Shown here piece by piece: positions 49,501 to 62,516 of a stretch of DNA of 64,000 nt (positions within the stretch are counted from its first letter, which is position 1; each line of letters starts with the position of its first letter). A model generated the notes under the pieces. That model searched no databases and had not been told where the DNA came from. It saw only the letters and a list, made by a program, of their open reading frames with translations. Origin of the DNA: Blasia pusilla. Taxonomy: Eukaryota. The position numbers and the translations under genes are program-made. The stretch lies in assembly GCA_050084515.1 (NCBI GenBank), contig CM114271.1, positions 15,438,001-15,502,000 of the forward strand. Direction: 5' to 3'.

Positions 49501-52500
49501 CATTTGCCGACTTCCCGCTTCTGAACCTTCCAGAGTCCTTCCAAAACTCCTTTGCCTTCATCGATGGGTACGTTTCTGGTTCCAAGCAATCTGAAAAAAA
49601 AGCAGTGTATTCGATTATGTAGGCATTCCTTGACCGAGAAATATCTCTTGTTTGTTTTGACCTTTTTATGGGGATAGACACGTGAGGCAGCCCTAGATTA
49701 CATGTACACTCAGTCTCAATAGGTGGATTGAACTTGGATTGTTCATTTGGTTGCTATTCCAAAACCATAGCTTTGTCCGAAATGTGCTGGCTCACATACG
49801 TGATATATCTTCCGGAGAGCTTGTTTCAAGCAACTAATGACAAAGCTAGCAAAGGAGTCTCCGCTGATTTTGAGCTGAAGTCTTTCAGAATTCCCATCTC
49901 GTTAGTTAGGATTTGAAAACGTGTTGAGAGAGTTCGTTAAGGTTGTCAGGATGGCTTTGGAGGACTGGATAGATCGCAGGGATGTCCTATTCTGTGAGTC
50001 TTAATTCGGCCAGAGTAAAAAACATCTGTTGATTCTGAAATTCTTGTCTCTGATGCAGTTATGACAAACCTGTCAAAGGGCTCAAGTGCAATTGGATGAA
50101 GGCTGGGTTTATCGAATCGGACAAGCTGTTGACCGTTAGTCCGACTTATGCGAAGGAGTTGCAAACTGGACCAGAAAAAGGTGTGGAGTTGGAGGATGTC
50201 GTTGCAAAGAGGGGAATCTTCGGAATTATCAACGGAATGGACGTGCAAGAGTGGAATCCAGCAACTGACAAGTTCATCGACACAAATTATGATGCCACTA
50301 CGGTATCCCTTCTAGCATAGTTTGATGGTCGAAGTCACTTGATGATAGAATTATTTAGATAAAAAACAATGAGCGTCTGATGCACAATATTATGACTTGC
50401 TCTCCGACAACACTCATGGCTGTTCAGCCCATGAAGTTTTTTTGCTTTAAAAGCTTTCTTCAGGAGATCAAGTGATCTGGAATCGACATGGTTGCTCCCG
50501 ATAGATAGATAGGTTGCATCTTAGCCACATCTTACATGAACTACAGCTTTGAGTTTCCTCCACTCTTCTTTTGAGCCTTGCTCCTTGTTTCAAGATATTC
50601 TGACACCGGAATAGTAAAAATTACCAGGATAATTGAAGTAGCTCTGGAACTGGTTTTGTGCAGGTGATGGAGGCCAAGCCCGCCTTGAAGGAGGCATTGC
50701 AAGCAGAAGTCGGACTTCCTATCAATCCAGACGTACCTGTTATAGGGTTCATAGGGAGACTGGAAGAACAAAAGGGATCTGACATTTTGGTGGCAGCTGC
50801 TAGTGGGTTCCTTGGAGAGAATGTACAGTTGATTGTTTTGGTAAGTCTGGCTGACCTTCAAATTGTGTCGATACCATGGAACTCTCAGCAACCTTCATGG
50901 TTCACGGGGCGCTGGTTAGGGTATGTCAAATCATGTGAGCGATAGATCTTTTGGCCTTTTTGCGGAAAATAGTATAGTGATTTTCGCACCTCTAAAACAC
51001 ATTCCAGAGGTAACTGGGGAGTTCATTCCGTGATGCCCTTCTTGGTTCGATTGAACTCCTATCCTCAAAACCTCCAGCTCCAGATATGAGGGGGTGACTT
51101 TTAAGAAAAATGATGATAAGAAAAGCTTCCAGTACTTTGTTCTTGGTCTCTACTATTCAACCATCGCATCGATCTCTTTGTTTCTCCATGCAAATTTCGT
51201 TTTTGTATGTGTCGATCCTCAGAACCATGGAAAATTTTAAGAACACCAGGTCGCAGGTTTGAAGAGTGGGAATTGATGAAATTTGTTTCTCATCCCAGGG
51301 TACAGGAAAGAAATATCTGGAGAAAGAGTTGGAAGAGTTGGAGGCAAAGTTTCCTGAAAATATGAGAGCTGTGGTGAAGTTTAACGTACCATTGGCACAC
51401 ATGATCACAGCTGGAGCTGACTTTATCCTGGTCCCAAGTCGATTTGAGCCCTGTGGTCTGATTCAACTCCACGCCATGAGATATGGAACGGTATGAATGA
51501 ACCTTAGATTCTGAGTGACTATTTATCTGTATCATTTGGGCTTGATTGTGGAAGCTTGATACTTCAAGAAATACATGCTAGGTAGTTCTTCCTGCCAAGT
51601 AGGAGCTTTTTGGCTGTAGTTGACCAGGCCAGTGAACAGTCCTTGATTGTTGTTGCATCCAATTGAGTACTACAATTTCGAACAAAGAGAGTGAGATGTA
51701 ATTTGTGGACGAGGTGCCCTGAAATTTAAAAATACATCATGTATTCCTTGTGATTATGAAGCGTAAGTATCACACAATGTGGACTTCACTCAAGTGGTTT
51801 TTACAATTCCAGTCTCAGAGTGGCTCAAAGTATGGTGCTTTCTACTCTGCAAAGTTCTGTACAGCTGACTAACCACACATGTGTTGTTGTTCAGCCTCCA
51901 ATAGTTGCTTCCACCGGTGGACTGGTGGACACAGTCATAGAGGGAGAAACGGGCTACCATGTTGGAGTCGCCTTTAATGTCGACGTATGCTACTCAGCTC
52001 AAACCTTGATTTCGCACCTGTGTAATTTGTTTGTGAGCTTCCTGAAAAACTTGTAAATGGATTTTGTAAGTTCGCCTCATGACAAGAGGATACAGGTATG
52101 TCTGCAAAGATCTCCGAGTCCAAGGATGGTTGGTCTAATGTCTCTGCGATTGCATTGCATTCTTCGTTCGTCATAGTCGTTTGAGGACCTTGCCCTAAGG
52201 ATCTATTGTGAGAAATTGAGCACAAGCTTTTTGTTCGTTGCAGTGTGAAACCGTGGACCCAAGCGATGTACAGACTCTTGCGACGACTGTGAAAAGGGCA
52301 ATTGAAGACTATAGTTCACCCAAGTACAAGCAGATAGTGAGAAATGCCATGGCTCTGGATCTGTCATGGAAGGTGCGTGCAGTGAATGCAAGATATACAA
52401 CCATCAGTCGAACCCAAGAACTATGAAAAGCTTGCAAACTTACCGCATGATCGGATTACAATTTTATTCGCATTCAGCTGATTGAGAGACTTACACTGAC

Positions 52501-52644
52501 GTTGGACACTTGTGCTTTGCCTTGCAGGGCCCTGCCCGAATCTGGGAGGAGGTGTTGCTAGGACTAGGTGTGGAAGGTGCTAGTCCAGGCGAAGAAGGAG
52601 ATGAGATAGCTCCATTAGCCAAGTCAAACGTCGCCACACCTTGA
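46544..52644 (+). CDS. GBSS: Granule-bound starch synthase (waxy), about 619 aa; exons 46544-46909, 47692-47772, 47926-48024, 48154-48243, 48668-48731, 49238-49338, 49458-49567, 50059-50302, 50664-50840, 51299-51490, 51895-51984, 52244-52372, 52528-52644
   Basis: Transit-peptide-like N-terminus, [49 protein letters not shown] and C-terminal [13 protein letters not shown]. Thirteen GT-AG-bounded exons sum to 1860 nt in frame. Confidence 0.96.
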
Positions 52645-54431
52645 GTAGGGACAGTTCGTGAAGCCCCGGATGAGAGATTTCCCGCCTGGATCTTTAGAAA
52701 GCTATGAGAGACTGTGCTTCAAGCCGAGTAGAGAGTCATTTCCTGAAGAAATTGTACACGAGTTAACTCAGCAATTCCGTCGGTTTGGAAGTAACTTCCT
52801 CCCTTGTTGTATTTCTTCTTGCTCACACCCTTCGCCAGAAGTGCATCCCTTCTTGCATACCCCCAAAACCCATCAAGAAGATTTACCTCTGGATTGTATT
52901 TTATATTTAGTCGGGTTTTAAAGTGCTGAGCTTCTACGTTAGCCTCAGACTGGTAGGGACACCCGAAGCTTGTCCAGACCGGGACAATGAATGTTGCTGC
53001 TGATGGTAGACAAGGAGGAGAGCTCTGTTACCCTGGAGTTGCTTGAGCCCGTGAAGTGATTCGAGGAGTTTCTCGGGACTAGTTAGGCAGCCAACCAGAG
53101 AATAGTGCTTGCAGAGATTTGTCGGTTGAAATTTTCCTCAGATAATGAGAAACGAGTCTGTTGTCGCTCACACGGCCTTCAATTGTGTCGGGGTTTGCTT
53201 CCAATGTTTTGGTACATTTGTGCTTTCAGTGGTGAAGAAGACTTGGATGAAGTGCCGATCAATCAGGCTTCCAGAGAGAGAGAGAAAGATATCACTGCAA
53301 GCTTGATTTCTGAGACTTCATATGACTGCGATGCTCATGCTATGGTCATACTCCACCTTTTCCGTAACATTAGGTGCCGGTGACTCTCATGTCGAGAAAC
53401 ACGTGATTGTTGACATGAAATGTCGTGGTGCCCGCCTCTGCAGCAGCGATGATATCAAATCGCTACCTCCAATTTGCTGTTTTACATATCGTGGTGGGTT
53501 GATCCAACTTACCAGTAGCTCCAAAAGGTGAAGTGAAAGCTCGGTAGAGAAGGAGGATCACGAAAGCCTCTTTGACGTTTGTCACTAGCGCGTACAAAAA
53601 GTAGATTCCGTTGACAACAGCTTCACCTCAAACGGTGAAATTCGCATCTTACTCGAATCGATTACGCTTAACACTCTTGAGCAATTGCGCACTCTACCAC
53701 TCCAGATCCGAAGATGCCCATTCTCGGGCAAGTCCTTATCCAGTCACGGAATGCAATTCTCGGTCTGCCAATTGCTGGTGCGGAGAGGAGAGGAGAGGAG
53801 AGGAGATGCCCATGCCCTAGTCAGTCTATGATCCTCCGGTTCAAGAATGCGTGGAGAGCCGATTGTCTACTTCGTGAGAGAAAAAAGAAAGAAAGGATGG
53901 CGTTGATGGTTAGAGCTCATGTGCGATTCGATTCCCAATCCTTCGAGCCACTGTCGGTGGGGTAGGGTTACGAGCCAAGAATTGGATGACCCGCGAATCT
54001 GGAGGCGATCAGATGCTGACGCATAAATGTGTTTGGCTGGCCAGATAAAAGGATAGAGTAGGCGAAGAGTAAACTCAAGCATCCACACTGTTCTATTGGA
54101 GGGAGAGAAGAAAGCGTCAGCTCTTGCTGATCGTAGGCATGTCAGCAGCAGCGTTTTCCTTTACAAAGCTCGAGACTCGAGAGTGTGATGACGGCACTGA
54201 AAGAGAGAGAGAGAGAGAGAGAGCGAGCGCGAAAGAGAGAGTGAACTGCAGCAGATATGGAGATGACGAGATGGCAATCGGGATGTTGAAGGTGGGGAGG
54301 GATAGGAGAGTATCGGAGAGACTCGCTGAGTTCGGGTTGTGAGTTTTGGAATGCGGCAGACGCTCACCAAAGAGGAGTGGGCAACGAAATCATACGGACT
54401 GCAGTGCAGTGGGAGCTCAGGACGAGGAGGA

Positions 54432-55355
54432 ATGGACTCATCTGATTCCTCGTTGCAGATCCGGAGCTATGAGGATGGGGCTCCGTGGGTGTTCAAAGGG
54501 CGAGCGCTGTATCAGCTGCAGGTGGTGAAAGCAGATGTGGCTCGCAAGTTCATTCCATCGGAGCTGAAGCTGGTGGAAGCCTTCGGGTACACTTTGGGAG
54601 GATTCTTTCTAGCGCGTTACGATGGAAGTCCCGCAGGGCAATTCGATGAAGCCGTCGTGATCCCTGGCATTGTGTGGAATCCTCCCACGTCTTGCGCTTG
54701 GGCTGGCAGAGTGCTGGTGGGAAGTGAAGAAGCTCGCAGCCATGGCAGGAAAGAGGTAGGTCTGCCCAGCCATCTCGCGGATTTCTCAACCACTATCCAA
54801 GAGCTCTCCACATCCTCGCCAAGGTGGAATGCAGGGTCTTGGTTCCGAGGTAAACAGAAGACTCTCAAAATTGCCCAGCACTGTGTGCAGATTGTCCAGA
54901 AAGATGGCATCAAGCGCACGCCCTTGTGCTCAGTGGCTGGAATCCCGGACACTTTGATGCAATCTTCAACCACTCACGTAGACAAGAGATGGATGGGACC
55001 TACACTGCAGCTGCACCTGCCCAACTTTAGTGGCAAGACGAAGGAGCAGCCCAAGCTCTTGAAGTACTCTTGCGCCCTCAATTGCAAGGTGAGGGTGGTA
55101 GCGCCGGCCAAAATCAGTTCTTTGACAGAGGAGCACATTCCTGGGGAGAGAGGAGGAGAAGAAACGAGAGACTTGCTTGCCGTCCTCACAGGGAAACCAT
55201 TAGTGTCCATCTTCTTCGACAGAATGGTGATGAGTGTGGACAAACCCATCGTCCTGGAGCTCAAGGTTGATCCAGCAGAGAAGAACAAGCAGAACGATCG
55301 CGCACTAGTCCCTGCAGCCCCGAGTACGGCAGCTCCCGGACAGCTTAGCTCATGA
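54432..55355 (+). CDS. NXD1: NEOXANTHIN-DEFICIENT 1-like protein, single exon (alternative in-frame ATG at 54351)
   Basis: PWVFKGRALYQL...LKLVEAFGYTLGGFFLARYDGSPAGQFDE...GIVWNPPTSCAWAGRVLV...HGRKEVGLPS matches the NXD1 family as I recall it. Confidence 0.85.
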   Translation: MDSSDSSLQIRSYEDGAPWVFKGRALYQLQVVKADVARKFIPSELKLVEAFGYTLGGFFLARYDGSPAGQFDEAVVIPGIVWNPPTSCAWAGRVLVGSEEARSHGRKEVGLPSHLADFSTTIQELSTSSPRWNAGSWFRGKQKTLKIAQHCVQIVQKDGIKRTPLCSVAGIPDTLMQSSTTHVDKRWMGPTLQLHLPNFSGKTKEQPKLLKYSCALNCKVRVVAPAKISSLTEEHIPGERGGEETRDLLAVLTGKPLVSIFFDRMVMSVDKPIVLELKVDPAEKNKQNDRALVPAAPSTAAPGQLSS

Positions 55356-57201
55356 TCCGATCCAAATCGAAGCACAGCAGATTTCGTCGCCTCTATGTAT
55401 AGAAGAACCTGAGGTAGGAGGTAAAGATCAGCGCTGCAATTTCGTGCACGGCAGAACTCCTTAAAGAGGTTTGCGTTGGAGTTGGTAAGCCCCGTCGATT
55501 CTGCTGGTAACAAACTTGAAGATTTCCTGCTACCTCAAGTGCACAGCAGGTTTCAAGTGATGATCCGGTTCCTCCACGCATCGTGCAGCGCAGCAGCTCT
55601 ACGCGGGGCGCGCCCTCTAGGGATTGGGGTTGGAGTCCGATCCAGCGGACAGGAATGGGCTACTGGGGTAGCCTCATTGCGGCTGCATCCCGGGAGCCAA
55701 GCTTACAATTACGCAATTTCATGTTCGAATTCGTTACTCGGACCATCTGCCAATACATATCTTAGGGTCTCCGAGTCGGAACCAGCTTAGCGATGTCAAA
55801 TGCACAGCCTCTCCGATGGTGAGTGCACCGAAGATCCGAGCGACTGTAGGGAGAAGGGGTAAAGCCCAAAAAGAACTAAGGAAGATGAGTTAATGTCCTG
55901 ACACCTGATCATTCTTGTAATAATCACATTTCGAAATCACTCGTTTCCTGGAAAATGTCCACTCAAACGTCTGAAAGATGAGTGGGCAACTCAATAGATT
56001 GATAAGCTGCTAGTGCCTCTTTAGTCCAAGCCCCAAATTGAAGCTGCTACTGCCTTTATTCGTGTACCCCGTCACCTGAATTTTGTGGTAACAGTCTCCG
56101 AGTATCGGCGTAGAGCACCAATGGCAAAACTGAAATTTGTTTGTTGACGCATGACAGCTGATCGAAACCTCAATGGATTGATTGGATACGTGACATAGCT
56201 ATGAACTTTCTGTTCACTGTGGAAGGTAGGTATCATGTGAGGCAAAATAGACTACATGTATACAAGAGAGTTCTAGAGATGCTCGCAAATGGTAAATCAG
56301 TACAAGAAGTTCGTACAATTTGAACTTAGTCTGCCAATGACCAATTGTATGTTCGGTAGCATGGGTGTTTAGAAACGACACTGCTTCTCATCCCATTTGA
56401 GTGTCCAAATCTTTTTATATACTCCCGGACACAACCGGAGTCTGCACTGTGCATACGTAAACAAGTTCTTCAAAATCCTGCCCAATCCTGCACTTGTGAA
56501 GAATGTCTGCTTACTGCAAATTACCTACTATGTAAAAATCCTGGGGAGCTTTAGATGAAAGCTCCAGAGGTTTCCGCACACGACCTCACTAGATTGCTCT
56601 CAAAGTAATTCACGCAGTTGATTGTACTATGGACCCAGATGGAATCATCACACCAACGATTCATGCATTCCAAACTTTGCGCACCATCCTATTTTGAGTG
56701 ATTTGGAATGGTACTATCTGGTGTTCGGGAGATCCTACTGGTCAAAGTTTTCATATTGCACCTTCTCTGCTTCAAATCCCCATCACAAAGGAGAAAGCTC
56801 CTATAGAAGGGCCACACCCATCACAGCAGAGCTCCTACATTTGGGCAACTACCTGACATGTTTATCTAAAAGTCTGCAATCCTAACATCTTGTGTTCTGG
56901 TCAAATCAGTTATAATTCTTGAGGTACCAGCAGAAAATGATTTAGTTTCCTCTGAAAGTGGAAGACCTTCTATAACAGAAGTATGTCACTTCTATTTCAA
57001 AGGTCCCTAGAAGGTCTTTGCGTATTTCCGAATTGAGATTCTCATACCACATTCCCTTCCTGGAAATCTATGATCACTAAATGAGTACAAAATAATAAGC
57101 TGGCATCTCTGACAACCTTCTTTAAGGCAATGAATGGAAGAACCAGATGACTTAGGATTGTCTGATGAGATTTTGTGCCACAATAGAGAGATGGCTTCCT
57201 G

Positions 57202-60151
57202 TTAGGCCACAGGGGTTTGTAGATAGAGAAACTGCAGAAAAACAACAGTATAGGTCAATTATCTTGCAATTTACCAACAGATGTATGATGAAAGTGATAA
57301 ATCCTGTAGCTCTGACCCAAAATCTCACGGAGAGAGCCCACGATCAGGCAATAAAGCTTACCTCAAGCGACTTCCCTTGAAGCTCAAAGTCAAGCACACT
57401 CAAGGCTACTTCGCAGCTTTGAGCCACTAATGGTTCAGGGTCTTTGCGAAAGGTCTTCAACAGTGCCACACTCTCACCATCTGTGAGCAGAAGTTCATTG
57501 CTATCAAACTCTGACAAGCAAGTCTCTTCTTTAATCAGCAAGCATTGATTCAAAAACATTTGACAAGCATTTTAGCCTAATACCCTACCTACATTTACAT
57601 TCCAGCGATAAGCTTCAACCAAATCTCATGAGGTCTGCTCGGATTTACCTGCGATTGAGCCCAGGGCTTCAGCCGCTTCATGTCGAACCATAGGGTGTTC
57701 AAAGCAATCCTTCAATGTTGTCATTAATGCAGTAGTTGCTGACTTATCTTGCAATTGTCCGAGGACATACGCAACCTGAAAAGAACACATCACTTTAATT
57801 CAATCTCCTTTCCTTTTAAAACCGACATGCATTGTCCTTTTCACATCTCAAAACACACTACATTTGGCAGTTCAAAATAGCTTTGGCTGATACACTCCAG
57901 GCATAAACTAGGACAGCAGGGATAGACTTGGGTCAAAGCATGATCATAAGTTGTGGCAAAGGTAAGAGCTCACCTTTTCAGAATTCCTCCTTACATTTAC
58001 AGAGCTTTAGAACTCTTTTCGAACTATCCACAATCAAAATTCAGGTCTGCCCATGCTGTCAGGGTATACTTCCAAGATACGCCTGACCACCTCTGAAGAC
58101 TCTTTGGAGAACATAGAATAAGTTGATTGTTTTAGTATTAGTGAAGATGGTACCTCATGTCGGAGAAGGGCGCTCTTGCAACCCAGAGCCGCAACTATTG
58201 AATCCACAGCATCGGCACCACCCCTGTTTCGGAGTGCAAACATTGCTCCATAGCGTTCATACATTCCCTTCTCCTCATCCAGAAGTATCTTCCTTTCCCC
58301 ATAAATGCCACAAGATACAGATGAAAAAAAGAAAATCAGTGGCTCGCACGTTACAAACATCTAGTTTGAAGAATAAGGTGCTCACACACAAGGTACTTGA
58401 TTGACACATACTGCATGACTTGTACAAAACAAAATACTGCTCATAGTGGAAGACTTGCGTTATCAGTAAAGAAAATTGCTTACTCGCCTGCAAAGAAAGA
58501 AAAGAAATACAAAAGCTGTAGACAACTATGAATGTAGATTGTTGGCCACCTCAAGTCCAAGATGCTCGAATTGTTAGGGGCTGGAGCAGCAGGATCAACC
58601 GACAAGTAAGGTGATGCATCGGTGACTTCATCTTGATTAGGTGTAGATGCTACTCCCTGCTCTATCCTCCGTAAAGCTAGTTCACAAGTTTCTCTCACTT
58701 CAGCAGCAGGATCAGAAACCAAACTCTTTCGCAGAAGAGCAACAGCTTCTGGTGCACCAATGGCTCCAAGTGCTTCAGCTGCCTAGATATCAATGCACAA
58801 AGCAGGAACTAAGGTTAGAAGCTCGTACCCAACAAGGCAGGCAGATTTAGCAACAGTCACTGGTTAGCTATTCCGAAAGTTGGCCAATATAAACCAATGG
58901 TGAGAAACAAATCTAAAAGATACCACACAACGCAAAGCGGCCATTGTTTAGGTCACCAGAGATCTCATGGGCTGGTCAAGGGCCATTTCTAATGCTCCCT
59001 TGACTTAAGTCCCTACAGTCTACTTATCTTCACCAAGGTATGATCACCTGTACAAATTTCTCAGAAACTTCCTGGAACTCTTTTGGACATGTAAAGACAT
59101 GAGAGTATGCATTCAGAAATTGCCAAAAAGCATGAGCTAGATTGCACAATGATATGACACAATGGCACAGATCACCCTAGCTCCAAGAGGTCTGATAGTG
59201 GTCTGACAGCCCTGTGTAATGACTGGGAAAGGGCTCACACCTCATGGCGTACTATGGAAGCCACAGAAGCAACATCCTCCAAAACCGCCCGCAATGCCGG
59301 TATGGCCTCTGGGTCCTGCATCTGACCCAGAGCAAAAGCTGCCTCATGTGCCAACAAGTTCGATGCATCTCTCATCGCTACACCCATTTATTCATGCAGG
59401 AAACGCAGACACAACCTAGCTTAGATTGCTCACAAAAAGCCTTATCTTAACTCACACACGCAAAGCTCAGATATAAAACACACGGGAGAGCTCAGGCGCT
59501 AGGCAAATTATGACACTGGAAACCCAAATAAATCCTGGCGGGACATATCATATACCTTAGCAGAGAGAGAAGGGGCCTTAAATTTCTACGCGTTGGGGCC
59601 GAATTAGGCTACATTCCAAGACCATGCAGCACGTAAACAGAAGTACAGCAAATGTTCCGACTCTCATTTTGCTCACTCCTTGACAAGACCACTAGTTTCA
59701 AAACAATCACAAGCTTTTACCCCTGCGTGCAATTCACTAACCTGCCTTATCACCTAATCCATGAACGTCTTTTACAAGGTGTAGAATCTGCGTCTTGGAC
59801 AACAATGAAGTCTAATGGCAGCAGATATCGTGGAACGCATCAGAATTTAGCGAAATTGCAAAGCTAGGATGTCCAAAAGCGAATGGCTCCAGGATGACGG
59901 ACAGAAATGCTTCGCATTACAATCGTAAAGGGTCTCAACCAGAAGCGAGTGCTTCACCCCTTACCAGTGATTAGAGCCTCACGGGGTACGGGACCCTTCA
60001 TATTACGTAGAGAAAACAGAGCCCTCCAGCGCTCTGCGATTCCCAGGCGTTCGTCCAACATCTGCTTGGCTACGAACTCCACCGTCACGCCATCAACGAC
60101 AGCATCGGCAGACAATTCCGTCCCACGACTACCGACATCATTGTCAGCCAT
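57202..60151 (-). CDS. DOHH: Deoxyhypusine hydroxylase, about 323 aa; exons 60151-59965, 59377-59241, 58782-58550, 58292-58154, 57775-57649, 57480-57362, 57231-57202
   Basis: HEAT-repeat protein with four His-Glu iron-binding motifs (LAHEAA, VRHEAA, LRHEVA, VRHEAA), [15 protein letters not shown] and C-terminus [14 protein letters not shown]. The exons sum to 972 nt in frame. Confidence 0.93.
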
Positions 60152-60340
60152 AGCCTTTTCTCCTCTAGTCCGATTCTTGATCCGGAAATTGCTGCAAATC
60201 TGGGCTGCGATATTGCGCATCAAAGTGGATCACCCAACCTCAAAACCAGAAAGATGTTTGCCAGTCGTTGAATTTATACCATGATTTCTGGAGAACTCGG
60301 GACCTCATTCCCTATAAGGTCCCTCGAACAAACCAATCTG

Positions 60341-60350
60341 TTTAGGGTTT
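60341..60350 (-). promoter_or_regulatory. Telo-box (AAACCCTA) upstream of DOHH
   Basis: TTTAGGGTTT lies 190 nt upstream of the DOHH ATG. Telo-boxes are typical of plant translation-related promoters. Confidence 0.45.
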
Positions 60351-60759
60351 ATGCAATTTCCAAAGGTTATGATCTATCGATGGGAACCATTCTCCTGAAC
60401 AATTTTGGCCTCCTCTTTGCCTCCAATGGTGTAGTGTTTTGATAAGTTTAGGTTTAACCTGGGACCGGGTTATATTTAATTTTCTTTGTTATTTACTCTT
60501 AATTTCTTCTCCATGTGAAAGGTTTCCTCAAATCCTGCTCTCTTTGAATTATATAGATATTATAAATGATAATTCATATAATGTTTTAAAAAAAATCTAT
60601 GGATGGTGGAAAATGGTATTTTAAATCTATGGATGGTGGGAAATGGTATGTGTGTTTCATGCCTTTTTTCAACATTATGTTCATCTACTTCTTATTATAT
60701 TTTTTCATGAGTATTGAAAAAAGTTTTTATATTCGTAATTTTTTTCATAGATTAGGTAT

Positions 60760-61450
60760 CCAAGTTCTTGGATGAAGTTCTTTGGAAAGATATAGAGTGA
60801 CTTCATTTGTTATCTCATATAGGGGATCAACAAGTGACTTACAGAATTTTCTTCGGATATATTTGGTGATGTCCATCCTACTTCGCATTTGTCCTTCCAC
60901 TTCAAAGTTCTTTCATGGGCCGACTTTTTTTTATATTTCTCTCATGACAACTTTCGGTCAACTTCTTGGTCTCAATACATTAGAGGAAGATGATGATGTC
61001 TTGGCTTCACGACAAACTATCTTGCCTATTTTTTTTGGGGTCAGGGGTTTTCCTCATCTTTTGTATCTACACCATCATTTTTTTCAGGGAGTTGGGCCTT
61101 GGTTGCTCCGATTGTAACTTCAAGATTTCTACAAGGAGTTGTACCTATCTTGATGGGTGATATGGCCTATGTAGAGGGATCTATTATTTCAACAACAACT
61201 GAGATCTGTCTAGGATCTTCTTGATCTCGTTACACAAGAAATTCTACCTCCTTTCAATCAATTGACTACATAAGGGGTTGATCGACTTTAAGAGCTATCT
61301 TCAAGAACTTGCACCGACTAACATTTTCCAATAGTCTCTCGGAGGCATCCCTTAATAATCATAAAGTTCATCTATATTCATGTGTGGATAAAAGAGCTCA
61401 CTATAAATCCTTTTATTCTTCCATTTCATCTTCCATAGAGTATATTCTCA
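60760..61450 (+). mobile_element. Decayed CRE/SLACS-like non-LTR retrotransposon fragment (post-RT region)
   Basis: RQTILPIFFG.. then, after a frameshift, GFSSS..PSFFSGSWALVAP and HLYSCVDKRA. This resembles the QAxLP..GGLG..APAAFxxSW..RLxS pattern of CRE-clade elements; recognised by eye only. Confidence 0.45.
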
Positions 61451-61699
61451 ATGTTTTTGCACCTTAAATTTCATCATCCTTTTCATCTAGGTGTGATCAA
61501 TTGTGTATATCGAGAGTCCATTGATGCAAAGGGTATCCACATTCTTCAATGTGCATAACACTCTTAATGTGTGAAGAACCCGGGATGGTGGTGGTGGTGG
61601 TGGATGATGTGACATAATCACCACCTTGGTAGCATTCATGAATAGTGTTAGCCGGCTTGAAGAGTTTTTGGAGGAGAACACCCATACAAATGACATGCC

Positions 61700-62440
61700 G
61701 ATAACTTATAGTCCCATGGAGAGACATGCCATGATGGATGTTTCTTCCCATGGTACAGACTACTACGGAGACATCTACATCATTGTGGGGGTATGAGCGT
61801 TGACTTGCAAAGGAATTCATATGAGTTCATGAGGTAGGCTTGAAGCCATGTCTTTATTTTGGAGTGGAACAAGAGGTTTGACAATCGTGCTCTTAGAGTG
61901 GAGATGTTGACATCCTAGGATATCACATACGTTGTGTGGTAGTGTCTTGAGGAGGGTGCAAGAGTACTAGATCTCTTTGGAGGGATCAACACGGAGTTAC
62001 TGGTGGTGTTACATGCCGACATACATGTGCAACAATATCTTTATGTTGAGAGAGATGAGATTGTACGCCACGTCTCGTTACACCTTATGGCGAGGTTGAT
62101 CCATTCATATCATGAGTTGTTGTCAACATATGTATTATGAGGGTACCAACATACACTACTAGCTGATATTTCATTAATATAGGGATCTCACGACGTGGAT
62201 ACAGTTTGGATTTTTGGATGGCCATGTCAAGGTCATTCATCAACTGGCCAAGCTGTTGGATTGTAGAATCTGAGGTCAAGGATGTTTTTGGGAGATACTA
62301 TGAGTACTACAACACTTGCAAGAGAGCCATACATACTCTTTGGCCTATATTTTGAAGAATGTGTCATTGTTGGAAGACACTTGTACACAGATGATGACGA
62401 GTGTGTATTGATAAGGGCATTGTTAGGACTTGCTGTGTTT
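61700..62440 (+). pseudogene. Fragment of the gypsy family (copy 4): linker plus cytosine-5 DNA methyltransferase motifs I-VI
   Basis: EEGARVLDLFGGINT (DLFGG at 61970-61984), QYLYVERD, ADI, IFGWPCQGHSSTG (GWPCQG at 62216-62233), RSRMF and AYILKNV (YILKNV at 62346-62363). GATCTCTTTGGAGGGATCAACAC is identical to 19572-19594. Confidence 0.88.
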
Positions 62441-62516
62441 TAGATGTTCCCTCAAAAGTGATTTTCATCAATCTAATCCTCTTGAACTCTAAGAGCCCTA
62501 ACATAGCAAACCTATG

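Noticed and set aside
54974-55513. 179-aa ORF antisense to NXD1
   Set aside because: A shadow ORF of a coding strand with no recognisable motif.
56490-56520. Alternative last DOHH exon beginning TAA-GCA-GAC (resembling a broken YAD tail)
   Set aside because: A nearer acceptor at 57232 gives FLYLQTPVA*, which fits plant DOHH C-termini. The distal site is probably chance or a 3' UTR splice site.
61950-62400. Host DNMT gene or bacterial contamination/HGT
   Set aside because: It has stops and a frameshift, no introns, and shares nucleotide identity and linker sequence with the retroelement copies at about 19500 and 26600.
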